Source: Candidatus Nanopelagicales bacterium (GTDB lineage Bacteria; Actinomycetota; Actinomycetes; S36-B12). Taken from it: DNA of 40,240 nt. The translations under genes were made by a program, and so were the position numbers. Position 1 is the stretch's first letter. Every line of letters begins with the position of its first letter. The notes below the pieces were generated by a model, which searched no databases, had not been told where the DNA came from, and saw only the letters and a list, made by a program, of their open reading frames with translations. Positions 31,683 to 40,240 of the stretch are shown in pieces. The stretch is taken from NCBI GenBank assembly GCA_049317345.1, contig JBMOIL010000001.1:1-40240 (forward strand). The letters are read 5' to 3'.

Positions 31683-32723
31683 ATGACTACCAAGCGGCGT
31701 AGCATCTTCGTCTCTCTGCGACTGAAACTCCTCGCCGCATTCGCCGGCGCCTTCACGATCGTCTTCATCTTCATCGCCATCTGGGTCTTCCAGTTCACGA
31801 CTCAAACGACCGAGTCCCGCCTCATTCAGGAGCTAACCCAAAGCGCCCAGGGGGGCGCTGCCAACATCAACGCCAGCGTCTTCGAGGAACTTGTCTCGAC
31901 GGTCCCGTCCGTGGGCGGACCCAAATTGGCCGACGGCACCGGCGCCGGATACCCGGACAGTCCCCTCTACCTCGATGTGGCACAGAGCCTGCTCGACACG
32001 CGGCGCATCGTCAGCGACGCCGGCACCTACAGCTACTTCAAGGATCCCGCTGACGGCCAGCTCTACTTCGCCGCGTCAGCCGGGTACCTGCTCGATCCCC
32101 AGCGCGGGGTGACCTACAAGGTGCCCGTCAACCAAATCGTCTCCGAGCGCACGTACGGGTTCATGGATCAGGGCTTGACGGCGACCATCAACGAACCTCC
32201 TTACACCGACGAGTACGGCAGCTTCATCTCCGCCTACTCGCCCATCGTGGACGCATCGGGAAAATCGGTCGGGGCCATCGGGCTGGACCTCCCACTCGAC
32301 TACGTCGACCAGGTCCAGACCCGCGCGCGCGCGAGGCTCTTCCCGGTGATGCTCGGGTCCTATCTCGTCCTGCTCATCCTCGTCCTGGCTCTCTCCACTG
32401 CCATCACGCGGCCAGTCAAGCGGCTCACCTCGGCTACAACAGTCATCGCCGACGGTGATTACGACATCGATGTCAAGGGGCTCGTCAGCTCACGCTTCCC
32501 CGACGAACTCGCGACTCTGGCCGATTCCTTCGCCGCCATGGCGGAGAAGGTCGCGGCCCGCGAGCGCTCGCTGACTACCGAGGTCCAGCGCTTGCGCGTC
32601 GAGATCGATCAGGTGCGCCGAGAAGAGTCGGTGAAGCAGATCACCGAGTCGGACGCTTTCGCCGACATCGCCGGGCGAGCCGCTGAGATGCGGCGCCGTA
32701 TGCGCGAGCATCCCGAAGCATGA
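31683..32723 (+). CDS. Membrane sensor-like protein: TM - Cache-like extracellular domain - TM - HAMP - coiled coil, with no recognisable output domain
   Basis: GGAGG lies 6 nt upstream of ATG 31683. It has the N-terminal TM helix LKLLAAFAGAFTIVFIFIAIWVF, a Cache-like segment YTDEYGSFISAYSPIVDASGKSVGAIGLDLP, a second TM helix, the HAMP segment ITRPVKRLTSATTVIADGDYDIDV...DELATLADSFAAMAEKV and a charged C-terminal helix. Confidence 0.65.
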   Translation: MTTKRRSIFVSLRLKLLAAFAGAFTIVFIFIAIWVFQFTTQTTESRLIQELTQSAQGGAANINASVFEELVSTVPSVGGPKLADGTGAGYPDSPLYLDVAQSLLDTRRIVSDAGTYSYFKDPADGQLYFAASAGYLLDPQRGVTYKVPVNQIVSERTYGFMDQGLTATINEPPYTDEYGSFISAYSPIVDASGKSVGAIGLDLPLDYVDQVQTRARARLFPVMLGSYLVLLILVLALSTAITRPVKRLTSATTVIADGDYDIDVKGLVSSRFPDELATLADSFAAMAEKVAARERSLTTEVQRLRVEIDQVRREESVKQITESDAFADIAGRAAEMRRRMREHPEA

Positions 32724-33448
32724 CGCAGCGAGATGGCCACCCACTCGCCGGCGTGCCAGGCATCGACGTCGTAGATGTCCTCCCGGGGACGGACCACACT
32801 CGACTGACCCAGCTGCAGGGCATCCACGCACTCACCTTCGCGGACCATTCCCATGTCCTCGTGGAGATGGAGCAGGCGTGGTCAGAAGGCAGCTTCGATC
32901 CCGGCATCATCGTGCACCAGTGGCTGCTACTGCATGAGGGCGAACCCGTGGGTGAGTTCGTCTTTCACACCAACCTGCGCCGAGCGATAACCGTGCGTCA
33001 CTTTCTCGCGATGGACAAGGACGTGCGTGCCGCCCTTCCACTCGGCTGGGCGGCTCAGCTCGTCGATGCCGCACAGAGGCAGTCGGAAGAGGATGCGCAA
33101 TCTAGGGGAATCGAGATCGTGGCGCTCATGAGCGAGATCGACCCGGACCAGCCGCGCCTGCTCGCGCACTGGCGCAGGTTAGGCCACGTGAGCGTCCCGT
33201 CGATCGACTATCGCGAGCCCTACCACGGCAAGCACTGGCGCGACGCTGGGCCGCTGGCCTTCTTCCCCATGGTGCCGAACATCAAGATCACCGATGCGGG
33301 CCTGCGCAGGCCGCTGGGCGACGTGGTCTCAGCCGCCGTCAGTGCCTTCCTCCTCGACCACTACCTGCTACCTGCAGACGAGCCGATGGTGGCCGGCATC
33401 ATCGACCGGGCACACGCCGTGCAGCCGGGCGATCTGATCCGCAGCTAG
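32720..33448 (+). CDS. Hypothetical protein, possibly GNAT-fold
   Basis: ATGA overlap with the upstream gene. The strand/helix pattern HQWLLLHEGEPVGEFVFHT...VRHFLAMDKDVR...GIEIVALMSEID...HWRRLGHVSV is GNAT-like, but no clear Q/RxxGxG/A motif was seen. Confidence 0.35.
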   Translation: MTQRDGHPLAGVPGIDVVDVLPGTDHTRLTQLQGIHALTFADHSHVLVEMEQAWSEGSFDPGIIVHQWLLLHEGEPVGEFVFHTNLRRAITVRHFLAMDKDVRAALPLGWAAQLVDAAQRQSEEDAQSRGIEIVALMSEIDPDQPRLLAHWRRLGHVSVPSIDYREPYHGKHWRDAGPLAFFPMVPNIKITDAGLRRPLGDVVSAAVSAFLLDHYLLPADEPMVAGIIDRAHAVQPGDLIRS

Positions 33449-34935
33449 TCGAAGTCCAGAGTTCTGTTCTGCTTGCGGCGCCGAAGGCGCCAATTGAGCA
33501 GGCTGTCCTCCCAGCCGAGCATCACCTTGCGCGCCAGGGGGACGGCAGCAGCTGCGACCACCGCCACGATCACGCCCACGATCCACAACTGACCGGTGAC
33601 GACCCCGACGATGGCCAGGGGAGTCGCGACAATAAGGCCGAGCGACAGGGGCAGCAGATCGACCAGGAAGGACACCCTCGTCCTGCGCTCGTCTGGTACG
33701 AGCGCGAGTGCGGCACGCCGCGCATTCTCGTCGATGCTCCAGCGGGGAAGGCGCCACAGCGTGATGGCGACTGCGAGAACCACAAGTGAGCCAAGCGCGC
33801 TGCCCATCGCGAGCAGCACTCCGGCGATCACCGTCGCTACGGGCAGGACGAGCAACGTTCCGGGGATGCCGAGGCGCTCGAGGATGCGCTCGGCGACCGT
33901 GGACTGGACCAGCCATGCGATGACGAAGGCGGCCAGGCTCACCGCCCCGAAGAACACCTGGATGCTTCCCGCGTCCCGGTCCAGCAGGTCAGCCGACCCA
34001 ACCATGAAGACGATAAATCCGGTCATCCCGGCAGCGAAGGTGAGCACAGACGCCAGAAGGAAGGTGCGCCAGATAGGCACCCCGGTCACAAAGTCCCAGG
34101 CGCTCGCCAGCGCTTCCCGCAGGCTCTCATCCTTGGCCAGCCCTCGGGCGGCGCCCGATCCGCGCATGGCGCGCGGCAGCAGGATCGCGAGAAGGACGCA
34201 AACGATCGGATCGATGACAAGCAGCGACGTCAGAGGGATGTCCAAGGCGCCCAGGGCGAAGGGCGAAGCAGTGGCGAGAGCGAGGCCGACAATCTGGCCG
34301 ACGTAGGTCCACGTGACGAGCCAGCCGAAAACTCTGCGGCCCTCAGCGACGTTGAACTCGTCCCCGGCAAGACTCCACACGAGCAGCGGGACCAGGAAAT
34401 TGAGCTGATCGGCCAGTAGCCACACCAGACCGATGGCGATCACGGGGACGACAGACCCCGCAATCAGGCCCAGGGCAACGGCGAAGACGGCGGCATAGCC
34501 GAACGTGACGACGCGCAACATCCGCAGGCGGGCCCCGGCATCGACGAACCGGAACTGAATCAGCGCCGCGACCAGGAGCCCGACGCCGCCGAGGGGGTAC
34601 ATGACGAGCAGCGACGTCGGACCGGCGAGAGCGAGCATCTGACTCGCGGCGACCATCTCGGTGAGGAAACCGGCCAAGGAGACCGCGGCGAGGGCGATCG
34701 CCATCGGCAGAGCGCGTCGCTTGAGGCTGACCAACGGCATGTCCGCGCGCAACTCGCCCCGGGCCCGGGCGACGGGGGGCTCGGCAGCCTCCTCAGACAC
34801 GGGAGCGGCTTCGCTGTCACGGCGCTCAGCCATCTCGCGCTTGCGCGCTGCGAGGAAGTCCCAGTCGCCCCCGTCGGACACCGCGGTGCCTAACCCCGGA
34901 GGCGTTCGGCAACCCCGCGGATCTGCTGAGACCAC
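33445..34935 (-). CDS. Polytopic membrane transporter (MFS-like / TLC nucleotide-carrier-like)
   Basis: It has about 12 hydrophobic segments. LLVWSLAGDEFNVAEGRRVFGWLVTWTYVGQIVG resembles the FWSFAN...AKR.F..I..G..LG motif of the ATP/ADP-translocase-like MFS family. The start is uncertain: 34935 overlaps the upstream gene by 46 nt, and Met35 at 34833 is an alternative. Confidence 0.5.
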   Translation of the reverse strand: MVSADPRGCRTPPGLGTAVSDGGDWDFLAARKREMAERRDSEAAPVSEEAAEPPVARARGELRADMPLVSLKRRALPMAIALAAVSLAGFLTEMVAASQMLALAGPTSLLVMYPLGGVGLLVAALIQFRFVDAGARLRMLRVVTFGYAAVFAVALGLIAGSVVPVIAIGLVWLLADQLNFLVPLLVWSLAGDEFNVAEGRRVFGWLVTWTYVGQIVGLALATASPFALGALDIPLTSLLVIDPIVCVLLAILLPRAMRGSGAARGLAKDESLREALASAWDFVTGVPIWRTFLLASVLTFAAGMTGFIVFMVGSADLLDRDAGSIQVFFGAVSLAAFVIAWLVQSTVAERILERLGIPGTLLVLPVATVIAGVLLAMGSALGSLVVLAVAITLWRLPRWSIDENARRAALALVPDERRTRVSFLVDLLPLSLGLIVATPLAIVGVVTGQLWIVGVIVAVVAAAAVPLARKVMLGWEDSLLNWRLRRRKQNRTLDFD

Positions 34936-35654
34936 GGGTGGTCCGGATGAGTGAGGGAGAACAGCCCGCTTGAGGCGTTCTGGACTACCTCCTCCGAGAG
35001 CGGCAGGATGGCGGCGGTCTCGGCGGCGTAGGCGGCGGTCATCTGCTCGCGCAGATCCTCGGTGTCGACACCCCGGGGGACCTTGTTGACCATTAGATAC
35101 AGCGTGGGCACCTCGAGTTTGCGGGCGACATCCACCGTCACAGCCGTCCCCTGGAAGTCCTGACGGTCTGGGCGGAGGAGGAGAAGCAGCACATCGCTGA
35201 TCGTGATGGACAGCAGGGTCTCCTCATTGAGTCCCGGGTGGGTATCGATGAGAAGGAAATCGAGATCCAGCGCTTTGGCGAGATCACGGAACCCATCATT
35301 GAGCGTGCCCACGTCGTAGCCTTCGCGGAGCACCCGGGCGATGTCTCCCGCCTTCATGCTGGAGGGCACGAGGTACAAGATGCCGCCCTCGGCCACGGGC
35401 ACGGAAGCGCGCACCTTGTCTGTCACATCGTGGGCTGCGCGCTCGATCGGAATCTTGCCCCAAAGGAAGTCGTTCAGCGTGTTGTCGAGGTTCTCGTCGT
35501 AGCCGAAGAGCACGTGGATTCCGGGGCTCTGGATGTCGGTGTCGACGACCCCCACCCTGGCCCCGAGGGCGGCGAGGTTGGCCGCGATGTTGGAGGTACT
35601 GTTGCTCTTGCCAGTCCCTCCACGAAAGGAGTGAATGGATACCACGGTGGTCAT
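34890..35654 (-). CDS. ParA/MinD-family P-loop ATPase
   Basis: It has the deviant Walker A IHSFRGGTGKSNSTSNIA and the Walker B-like FLLIDTHPG. The start is set at ATG 35654 (MTTVVSIHS...). Confidence 0.75.
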   Translation of the reverse strand: MTTVVSIHSFRGGTGKSNSTSNIAANLAALGARVGVVDTDIQSPGIHVLFGYDENLDNTLNDFLWGKIPIERAAHDVTDKVRASVPVAEGGILYLVPSSMKAGDIARVLREGYDVGTLNDGFRDLAKALDLDFLLIDTHPGLNEETLLSITISDVLLLLLRPDRQDFQGTAVTVDVARKLEVPTLYLMVNKVPRGVDTEDLREQMTAAYAAETAAILPLSEEVVQNASSGLFSLTHPDHPWSQQIRGVAERLRG

Positions 35655-35725
35655 GTGAACTCCCGACGCCGATAGAAAGCCCCAGGCTACCTTCACGCCC
35701 AGCGACTTTGTGGGCGACTGTGGGC

Positions 35726-36634
35726 TTAGCCGAGGTCGGTGGCCACCGGGAAGGCGGAGAGTGCGGCCGAGGTGGCGACTCGTCGGCTTCCCGGCGCGAG
35801 GCCGGCAAGCACCGCCGCTGCCGCACTTGCGATCAGGACTCGATCATGAAGATCCGCTCCCTTGAGCAGGGCCCAGGCGTAGGCACCGTGGAAGGCATCA
35901 CCGCATCCGGTCGTGTCGACAGCCGTGACGGGGAAGGCGGGCACGTGCACCACCGATGTCGGGGCGTCGAACGCGTGGGCTCCCGCCGTGCCTTCCGTGA
36001 GCACGACGACGGAGCGGTTGTCGTTCCACAGGGCTTGGGAGATGGCGACCGGATCATCGAACCCCGTCACCATCGAACCAAACGTGCGGGGGATGACGAG
36101 ATGATCTGCAGCCGCGACCAGGGCGAGGACGGTGGGCGACGGGTCTCGCTCCGCATCGAGGATCACGGGGACTCCGCGGTCACGCGCATGCTCCACAACC
36201 TCGAGCGAGCCGGGAGGGGCAACGCACGCATCGATGAGCAGCGCACCAGCGATATCGAGCGCGCGGGCGACGATGTCCTGGCTCGGGAGTGGTGTCCTGC
36301 CCAGAGGCGCATCGTCGAATGCGATGTAGCGCTCTCCACCCGCGGTCACGGTGATGCGCGACTCCACAGGATCTGCGCCAGCAACTCGCTCGACGTACTC
36401 CGTGCTGATGTTGTACTCGACAAGGTCGGCTACCGCCTCATCGCCAACCGGGGTGATGCCGATAGCCCCGAGGTAGCCGGCCGGATGGCCGAGGGCCGCA
36501 ACCGTGGCGAGAGCATTGCGAACATTTCCACCGAAGCGAGTCTCACTCTCGATGACGCGGCCCTTGCCCGACTCCCATGGTGTCTGTGTCACCAGGATGA
36601 GGTCGTGCGCGATGCAGCCGAGGCCGAGGATCAT
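35726..36634 (-). CDS. PfkB-family carbohydrate kinase (ribokinase-like)
   Basis: The N-terminus is ILGLGCIAHDLI, and the C-terminus carries the PfkB signature VDTTGCGDAFHGAYAWALL. Confidence 0.8.
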   Translation of the reverse strand: MILGLGCIAHDLILVTQTPWESGKGRVIESETRFGGNVRNALATVAALGHPAGYLGAIGITPVGDEAVADLVEYNISTEYVERVAGADPVESRITVTAGGERYIAFDDAPLGRTPLPSQDIVARALDIAGALLIDACVAPPGSLEVVEHARDRGVPVILDAERDPSPTVLALVAAADHLVIPRTFGSMVTGFDDPVAISQALWNDNRSVVVLTEGTAGAHAFDAPTSVVHVPAFPVTAVDTTGCGDAFHGAYAWALLKGADLHDRVLIASAAAAVLAGLAPGSRRVATSAALSAFPVATDLG

Positions 36635-37425
36635 GCGCGTGCGAGAGCCTCGTCGGCGTCAAGACCGTCGTGAATCACTGCCGCGTAGGCGCGGGCCGCG
36701 TGCTCCATGTCCGCCTCTCCCCAGATATTGCGCCCCACCACCGCGCCACGCGCACCCGCACGCATGCCCGCGTGGATGTGGGCGAGCGCTGCGCGCAGGG
36801 TCGGCTCCTTGGGGCCCCCCGCCATGACGACGGGCGCCGGGCACGAGGCGATGATCTCCGCAAAAGCCTGCTCATCACCGGGGTAGCCGACCTTGATGAC
36901 ATCGACACCGGTCTCGATCCCCACGCGCACGGCGTAGGCGATCTCATCGGGGGTGAAGACGATCTTGACGCCGTCGGAGTAGTCCCTCGGATAGATGTGC
37001 GCGACGACGGGGAGCTCGTACGCCGCCGCATCACGAACCGCATCGGAGAGCCAGCGGATGAAGTCGCCCTCCGTCTCGCCGCGCACGGCAATGGCGACAG
37101 CGAGCGCATCAGCGCCGAGGCGCACGGCATCAGCCGGTGTCGCGAGGCGGTCGCGGATCCGGTCGTCCGGTGTCCAGTAGCTCGCCTGCACGATGAGAGA
37201 GGCCTGACCGACATACGGCGGCCAGCAATGCTTGGCAGTGCCCGGGGTCATAGTCATCGTGTCCGGATGAGCCTTCATGCAGTGCTCGACCGCATGGGGG
37301 AGGTCGGCCAGACCACCCTCGCGGACATTGCCGTAGCCGACGAAGTGGTCGACTGCGATCCCGAAGAGGTTGCCCGAGGGGTTCGAAAAGAGCCGAGAGA
37401 GACGGATGTCTGTGCCTAGGCCCAC
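36631..37425 (-). CDS. Class I aldolase family protein (DhnA/FbaB/LsrF-like)
   Basis: The 264-aa sequence RLSRLFSNPSGNLFGIAVDH...ADALAVAI...VIKVGYPGD...VVMAGGPK fits the TIM-barrel Schiff-base aldolase family. It overlaps the downstream kinase gene by 4 nt. Confidence 0.65.
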   Translation of the reverse strand: MGLGTDIRLSRLFSNPSGNLFGIAVDHFVGYGNVREGGLADLPHAVEHCMKAHPDTMTMTPGTAKHCWPPYVGQASLIVQASYWTPDDRIRDRLATPADAVRLGADALAVAIAVRGETEGDFIRWLSDAVRDAAAYELPVVAHIYPRDYSDGVKIVFTPDEIAYAVRVGIETGVDVIKVGYPGDEQAFAEIIASCPAPVVMAGGPKEPTLRAALAHIHAGMRAGARGAVVGRNIWGEADMEHAARAYAAVIHDGLDADEALARA

Positions 37426-37513
37426 GGAAACACCTTTCGGATCGATGTAGCCCCCGGCCAGAGTCTAGCGAGGCCGGGACGCAGACCCTATCTGTGCACG
37501 ATGCCGCTTCCGA

Positions 37514-38266
37514 CTAGTCGATTGCAGCATCGAAGAACGTGTCCGGATAGGGCTCATCAGCGAGTGTGTAGTGCCACCACTCTTCGGGAAGATTGGTGAA
37601 CCCGGCCTGCATCATCAAGGACACGAGGAGATCGCGATTCGCTCGCTGCGGCGCCGATAGCCCTACGACGGCCGTCGCCGAGAGCGGATCGAAGCAATCG
37701 AAGCCCGTCCCCATATCGATGGACGTGTCGGGGAAACGCTGGCCCTCCGGAGCAGCGCAATCCACGATCGGATCGCCGCCCTGCCATGTCGGGCTCGCGC
37801 CAGAACCCAATGGGATGAGCGTGAGGTCGACGGTGGACCCGCGGCTATGACCGCTCTTGGCGGCGATCAGGCCGAGGGGGAAGAGTTGATCCTTCTCCAG
37901 TCGCGGGTAGAACTCCGCTCGCATGGTGTCGTCATCCGGTTGCTGAGCCCATGCGACGAAGTCGTCGACCGCTCGCTGCGGGCGGAAGCAGTCGTAGACC
38001 TTGAGGGAGTAGCCAAGACCGACGGCCTGCTCCTGGACGCGTGCGAGCGCTTCGGCAGCAGGAGCCGTGAGCCAGCATTCCGCTGCGTCGTATCCGGTGA
38101 TCGGCCGGCCAATGAAGTTGTGCTCACCGGCGTAGCGCATCTCCTGAACGATGCTCGGTGCCACGTCCGCGAGCCTGACGAAGCCATCGGGCATCGCCGC
38201 TTGCTGGGTGCAGGACACGAGTGCGAACGCCGCAACGGGGAGGAAGAGCACTTTCGTCGACGGCAT
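37514..38266 (-). CDS. D-Ala-D-Ala dipeptidase (VanX/DdpX, peptidase M15D) with a lipoprotein signal peptide
   Basis: ATG 38266 is preceded by GGAGG. It has the lipobox FALVSC, MRYAGEHNFIGRPI, SGHSRGSTVDLTL (SxHxxGxAxD-like) and EEWWHYTL. The longer ORF to 38335 would overlap the tRNA. Confidence 0.8.
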   Translation of the reverse strand: MPSTKVLFLPVAAFALVSCTQQAAMPDGFVRLADVAPSIVQEMRYAGEHNFIGRPITGYDAAECWLTAPAAEALARVQEQAVGLGYSLKVYDCFRPQRAVDDFVAWAQQPDDDTMRAEFYPRLEKDQLFPLGLIAAKSGHSRGSTVDLTLIPLGSGASPTWQGGDPIVDCAAPEGQRFPDTSIDMGTGFDCFDPLSATAVVGLSAPQRANRDLLVSLMMQAGFTNLPEEWWHYTLADEPYPDTFFDAAID

Positions 38267-38308
38267 TCGACCTCCCGGGCTATGCGCAGAGGAGAGTCTT
38301 GCATCGGG

Positions 38309-38392
38309 TGCGCGAGGGGGGAGTTGAACCCCCACACCCTTACGGGCACACGGACCTGAACCGTGCGCGTCTGCCTATTCCGCCACTCGCGC
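38309..38392 (-). tRNA. tRNA-Leu (anticodon CAG)
   Basis: The reverse complement folds by hand into a class II cloverleaf. It has acceptor GCGCGAG/CTCGCGC+A, a 3-bp D stem, anticodon stem CACGG/CCGTG with loop TTCAGGT, a 15-nt variable arm and T arm GGGGG-TTCAACT-CCCCC. It is 84 nt long and has no encoded CCA. Confidence 0.9.
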
Positions 38393-38488
38393 GTCGCCCT
38401 GTCTCCAGGGCAGGATCGAGGGTACCGCCTACGGCCCACTCGCTCCGCCTCGGCTGCCTACTCTGGTCCGATGCGATCCGCGCAGGCG

Positions 38489-39427
38489 ATGCCCCGTGTC
38501 CGAATCGGCACCTCCGAGCTGGAGATATCCCGCCTCGCTCTCGGCGGCAACGTTTTCGGTTGGACGGCTGACAAGCAGACCTCATGCGACATCCTCGATG
38601 CGTACGTCGAAGGCGGCGGCAATGTCATCGACCTCGCGGATTCCTACCCGCACTGGGCCCCGGGATGCTCGGGAGGGGAATCCGAGGAGATCGTCGGCCA
38701 CTGGATGCGCGAGAGGGGCAATCGCTCCGATGTCGTCATCTGCACCAAGGTGGGCAAAATCCCCGGCAATCACGGGTTGAGCTACTCGCAAATCATCTCG
38801 GGTATCGACGGATCCCTGCGGCGACTGCAGACGGACTATGTCGACCTCTACTACTGCCATGCGGATGACCCGCGCACTCCGCTCGAGGAGACGCTCCGGG
38901 CTCTGGGGGAACTCATCGCCGCAGGCAAGGTGCGCGCGATCGCCGCGTCCAACTACACCGCCGATCGGCTCACCGAGGCCCTCCTCGTCGCTGACGAGAT
39001 TGGGCTGCCTCGCTTCTGTGCCGTGCAGCCGCAGTACAGCCTCGTCGTACGCGATGAATTCGAAGGCCCACTCCAGGACGTGTGCGAGCGTGATGGGCTC
39101 GCCTGTCTGCCCTACTGGCCGCTCGCCGCGGGATTCCTCACCGGCAAGTACGACGCCTCCGCCCCCTCGGGCGCCAGAAGCGACACGGTGAGCCAGTTCC
39201 AGACACCCCGCAATGAGGCCGTCCTCAACGTCGTGCGCACCGTCGCTGACCGGCATCGGGTCGCACCCGCGACGGTCGCGCTCGCCTGGCTGCTCACACG
39301 GCCGACCGTCGCCGCTCCCATCGCCTCAGTGTCGCGGGTGGAGCAACTCCCCGCTCTCGTGGCCAGCACACGACTCGACCTGAGCCCCGAGGACCTCGCC
39401 GACCTGGAGGCGGTCTCGCGCCCCTGA
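38489..39427 (+). CDS. Aldo/keto reductase
   Basis: MPRVRIGTSELEISRLALGGNVFGW..., DLADSYP, DYVDLYYCH and GKVRAIAASNY are typical AKR motifs. ATG 38471 is an alternative start. The ORF track's start at 38363 overlaps the tRNA. Confidence 0.8.
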   Translation: MPRVRIGTSELEISRLALGGNVFGWTADKQTSCDILDAYVEGGGNVIDLADSYPHWAPGCSGGESEEIVGHWMRERGNRSDVVICTKVGKIPGNHGLSYSQIISGIDGSLRRLQTDYVDLYYCHADDPRTPLEETLRALGELIAAGKVRAIAASNYTADRLTEALLVADEIGLPRFCAVQPQYSLVVRDEFEGPLQDVCERDGLACLPYWPLAAGFLTGKYDASAPSGARSDTVSQFQTPRNEAVLNVVRTVADRHRVAPATVALAWLLTRPTVAAPIASVSRVEQLPALVASTRLDLSPEDLADLEAVSRP

Positions 39428-39477
39428 CTGTGGATAGCGGGCTTGACCAACCTTGGTCAAGCCCGCACACTGGGCGC

Positions 39478-39720
39478 ATGGCACGCACTGTCAACGTCTA
39501 CGAGGCCAAGACCAAGCTCTCCTCCCTGCTCGCGGAGGTTGAGACCGGAGGCGAGATCGTCATCGCCCGTGCGGGGCGACCCATCGCGCGCCTGGTGAAG
39601 ATCGGCGCCGCGGCAGGTCGCAGGCAACCGGGGGCCTGGCGGGGCCGCGTCCACATCCACGACGACTTCGACGAGCTGCCACAGGACGTGGCACGAGCGT
39701 TCACGGGCGAGGACGCGTGA
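39478..39720 (+). CDS. Type II antitoxin, Phd/YefM family
   Basis: The 80-aa sequence begins MARTVNVYEAKTKLSSLLAEVETGGEIVIARAGRPIARLV. Its stop overlaps the VapC start (GTGA). Confidence 0.8.
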   Translation: MARTVNVYEAKTKLSSLLAEVETGGEIVIARAGRPIARLVKIGAAAGRRQPGAWRGRVHIHDDFDELPQDVARAFTGEDA

Positions 39721-40091
39721 GGTTGCTCCTTGATACTCACGTCCTGCTGTGGTGGCTTCAGGGCGCACCCATCTCCGAGGAAGCTGCGGAGAAGATCGGG
39801 GACACCGCCAATGAAGTGATCGTGTCCGCCGCCACGGTGTGGGAGTTGTCGATCAAACGTCAAATAGGGAAAGTCGACATGCCGCCCGACCTGGTCGATC
39901 AATGCCACTCGGAGGGATTTGCGCTCCTTGCCATGGACGCCCGCCATGCCGATCGCGCTGGTTCACTTCCCCTGCATCACACGGATCCCTTCGATCGCAT
40001 GCTAGTCGCGCAGGCAGAACTCGACACTCTTGTCCTGGTGACGCGCGACCGAACTCTCGCGTCGTACGGCGTGCAACTGCTCACCGCCTAG
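39717..40091 (+). CDS. vapC: Type II toxin, PIN-domain VapC family
   Basis: It has LLLDTHVLLWW, SAATVWELSIK and HTDPFDRMLVAQA, which provide the PIN acidic residues. Confidence 0.8.
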   Translation: MRLLLDTHVLLWWLQGAPISEEAAEKIGDTANEVIVSAATVWELSIKRQIGKVDMPPDLVDQCHSEGFALLAMDARHADRAGSLPLHHTDPFDRMLVAQAELDTLVLVTRDRTLASYGVQLLTA

Positions 40092-40100
40092 GCTGCCGAC

Positions 40101-40240
40101 ATGAGTCGTGACGCTATCGAGATCGCACTCGGCGTCCACGTGATGACATCACGTCGGTACGCCACCACATCCACCGTCATCATCGCCGGAGATGAGGCGC
40201 TCGTCATCGATCCGTGCTGGGACGCCGACGAGCTCGCAGG
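40101..40240 (+). CDS. Probable MBL-fold metallo-hydrolase, N-terminal fragment (3' end outside the window)
   Basis: MSRDAIEIALGVHVMTSRRYATTSTVIIAGDEALVIDPCWDADELA resembles the first beta-strands of MBL-fold proteins (..T.s.li.g....lIDPg). The His motif is not within the window. Confidence 0.4.
   Translation, partial: MSRDAIEIALGVHVMTSRRYATTSTVIIAGDEALVIDPCWDADELA

Noticed and set aside
35708-36673. 321-aa plus-strand ORF opposite the PfkB kinase gene
   Set aside because: The minus-strand frame carries the PfkB signature DTTGCGDAF, whereas the plus-strand product has no recognisable features.
38267-38335. Longer start (38335) for the VanX-type dipeptidase, and start 38363 for the aldo/keto reductase
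   Set aside because: Both extensions overlap the tRNA-Leu gene (38309-38392). Internal ATGs give canonical N-termini: a GGAGG plus lipoprotein signal for the dipeptidase, and MPRVRIG... for the AKR.
38309-38392. tRNA-Leu as the integration site marking the RiPP cluster as a genomic island
   Set aside because: The tRNA is ~7 kb from the cluster edge with ordinary metabolic genes in between. No integrase, transposase or direct repeat of the tRNA 3' end was seen anywhere in the window.
39478-40091. Phd-VapC pair as something unusual
   Set aside because: It is a canonical type II toxin-antitoxin module with the usual 4-nt overlap. Such modules are common in actinobacterial chromosomes, and nothing links it to the RiPP cluster.

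Overview
High-GC, actinobacterial-type chromosomal window. The flanks hold ordinary genes. On the left (1-4005) are a DEAD-box helicase C-terminus, a DUF4287/DUF1801-like protein, a VOC-fold protein, a copper/TPQ amine oxidase and a secreted metzincin. On the right (31.4-40.2 kb) are a Cache-HAMP protein, a GNAT-like protein, a polytopic transporter, a ParA/MinD ATPase, a PfkB kinase, a class I aldolase, a VanX-type dipeptidase lipoprotein, tRNA-Leu(CAG), an aldo/keto reductase, a Phd-VapC toxin-antitoxin pair and an MBL-fold fragment. The centre (about 4.1-31.3 kb) is a roughly 27-kb RiPP supercluster. It carries 12 paralogous precursor genes plus 2 decayed relics. Each precursor encodes a nearly invariant ~80-aa nitrile-hydratase-like (NHLP) leader ending in LELVAGG or LELVAGAG, followed by a hypervariable 9-21-aa core that always has a Trp near the cleavage site and usually has Cys. 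Around the precursors are a fused E1-like/YcaO cyclodehydratase, a SagB-type dehydrogenase, a radical-SAM/SPASM enzyme, a DUF2332-like protein, two PhyH-like Fe/2OG dioxygenases, two PAPS-type sulfotransferase-like proteins, a terpene-cyclase-fold (alpha/alpha toroid) protein and an orphan 311-aa protein. There are also two complete HlyD/C39-ABC/ABC export sets, and the C39 domain of the second set lacks the catalytic Cys and Gln. The NHLP leader, exporter trio and cyclodehydratase are a known bioinformatic family; this tailoring-enzyme combination and the core motif are, as far as I know, uncharacterised. All family calls rest on motif reading by eye, because no HMM or BLAST search could be run.
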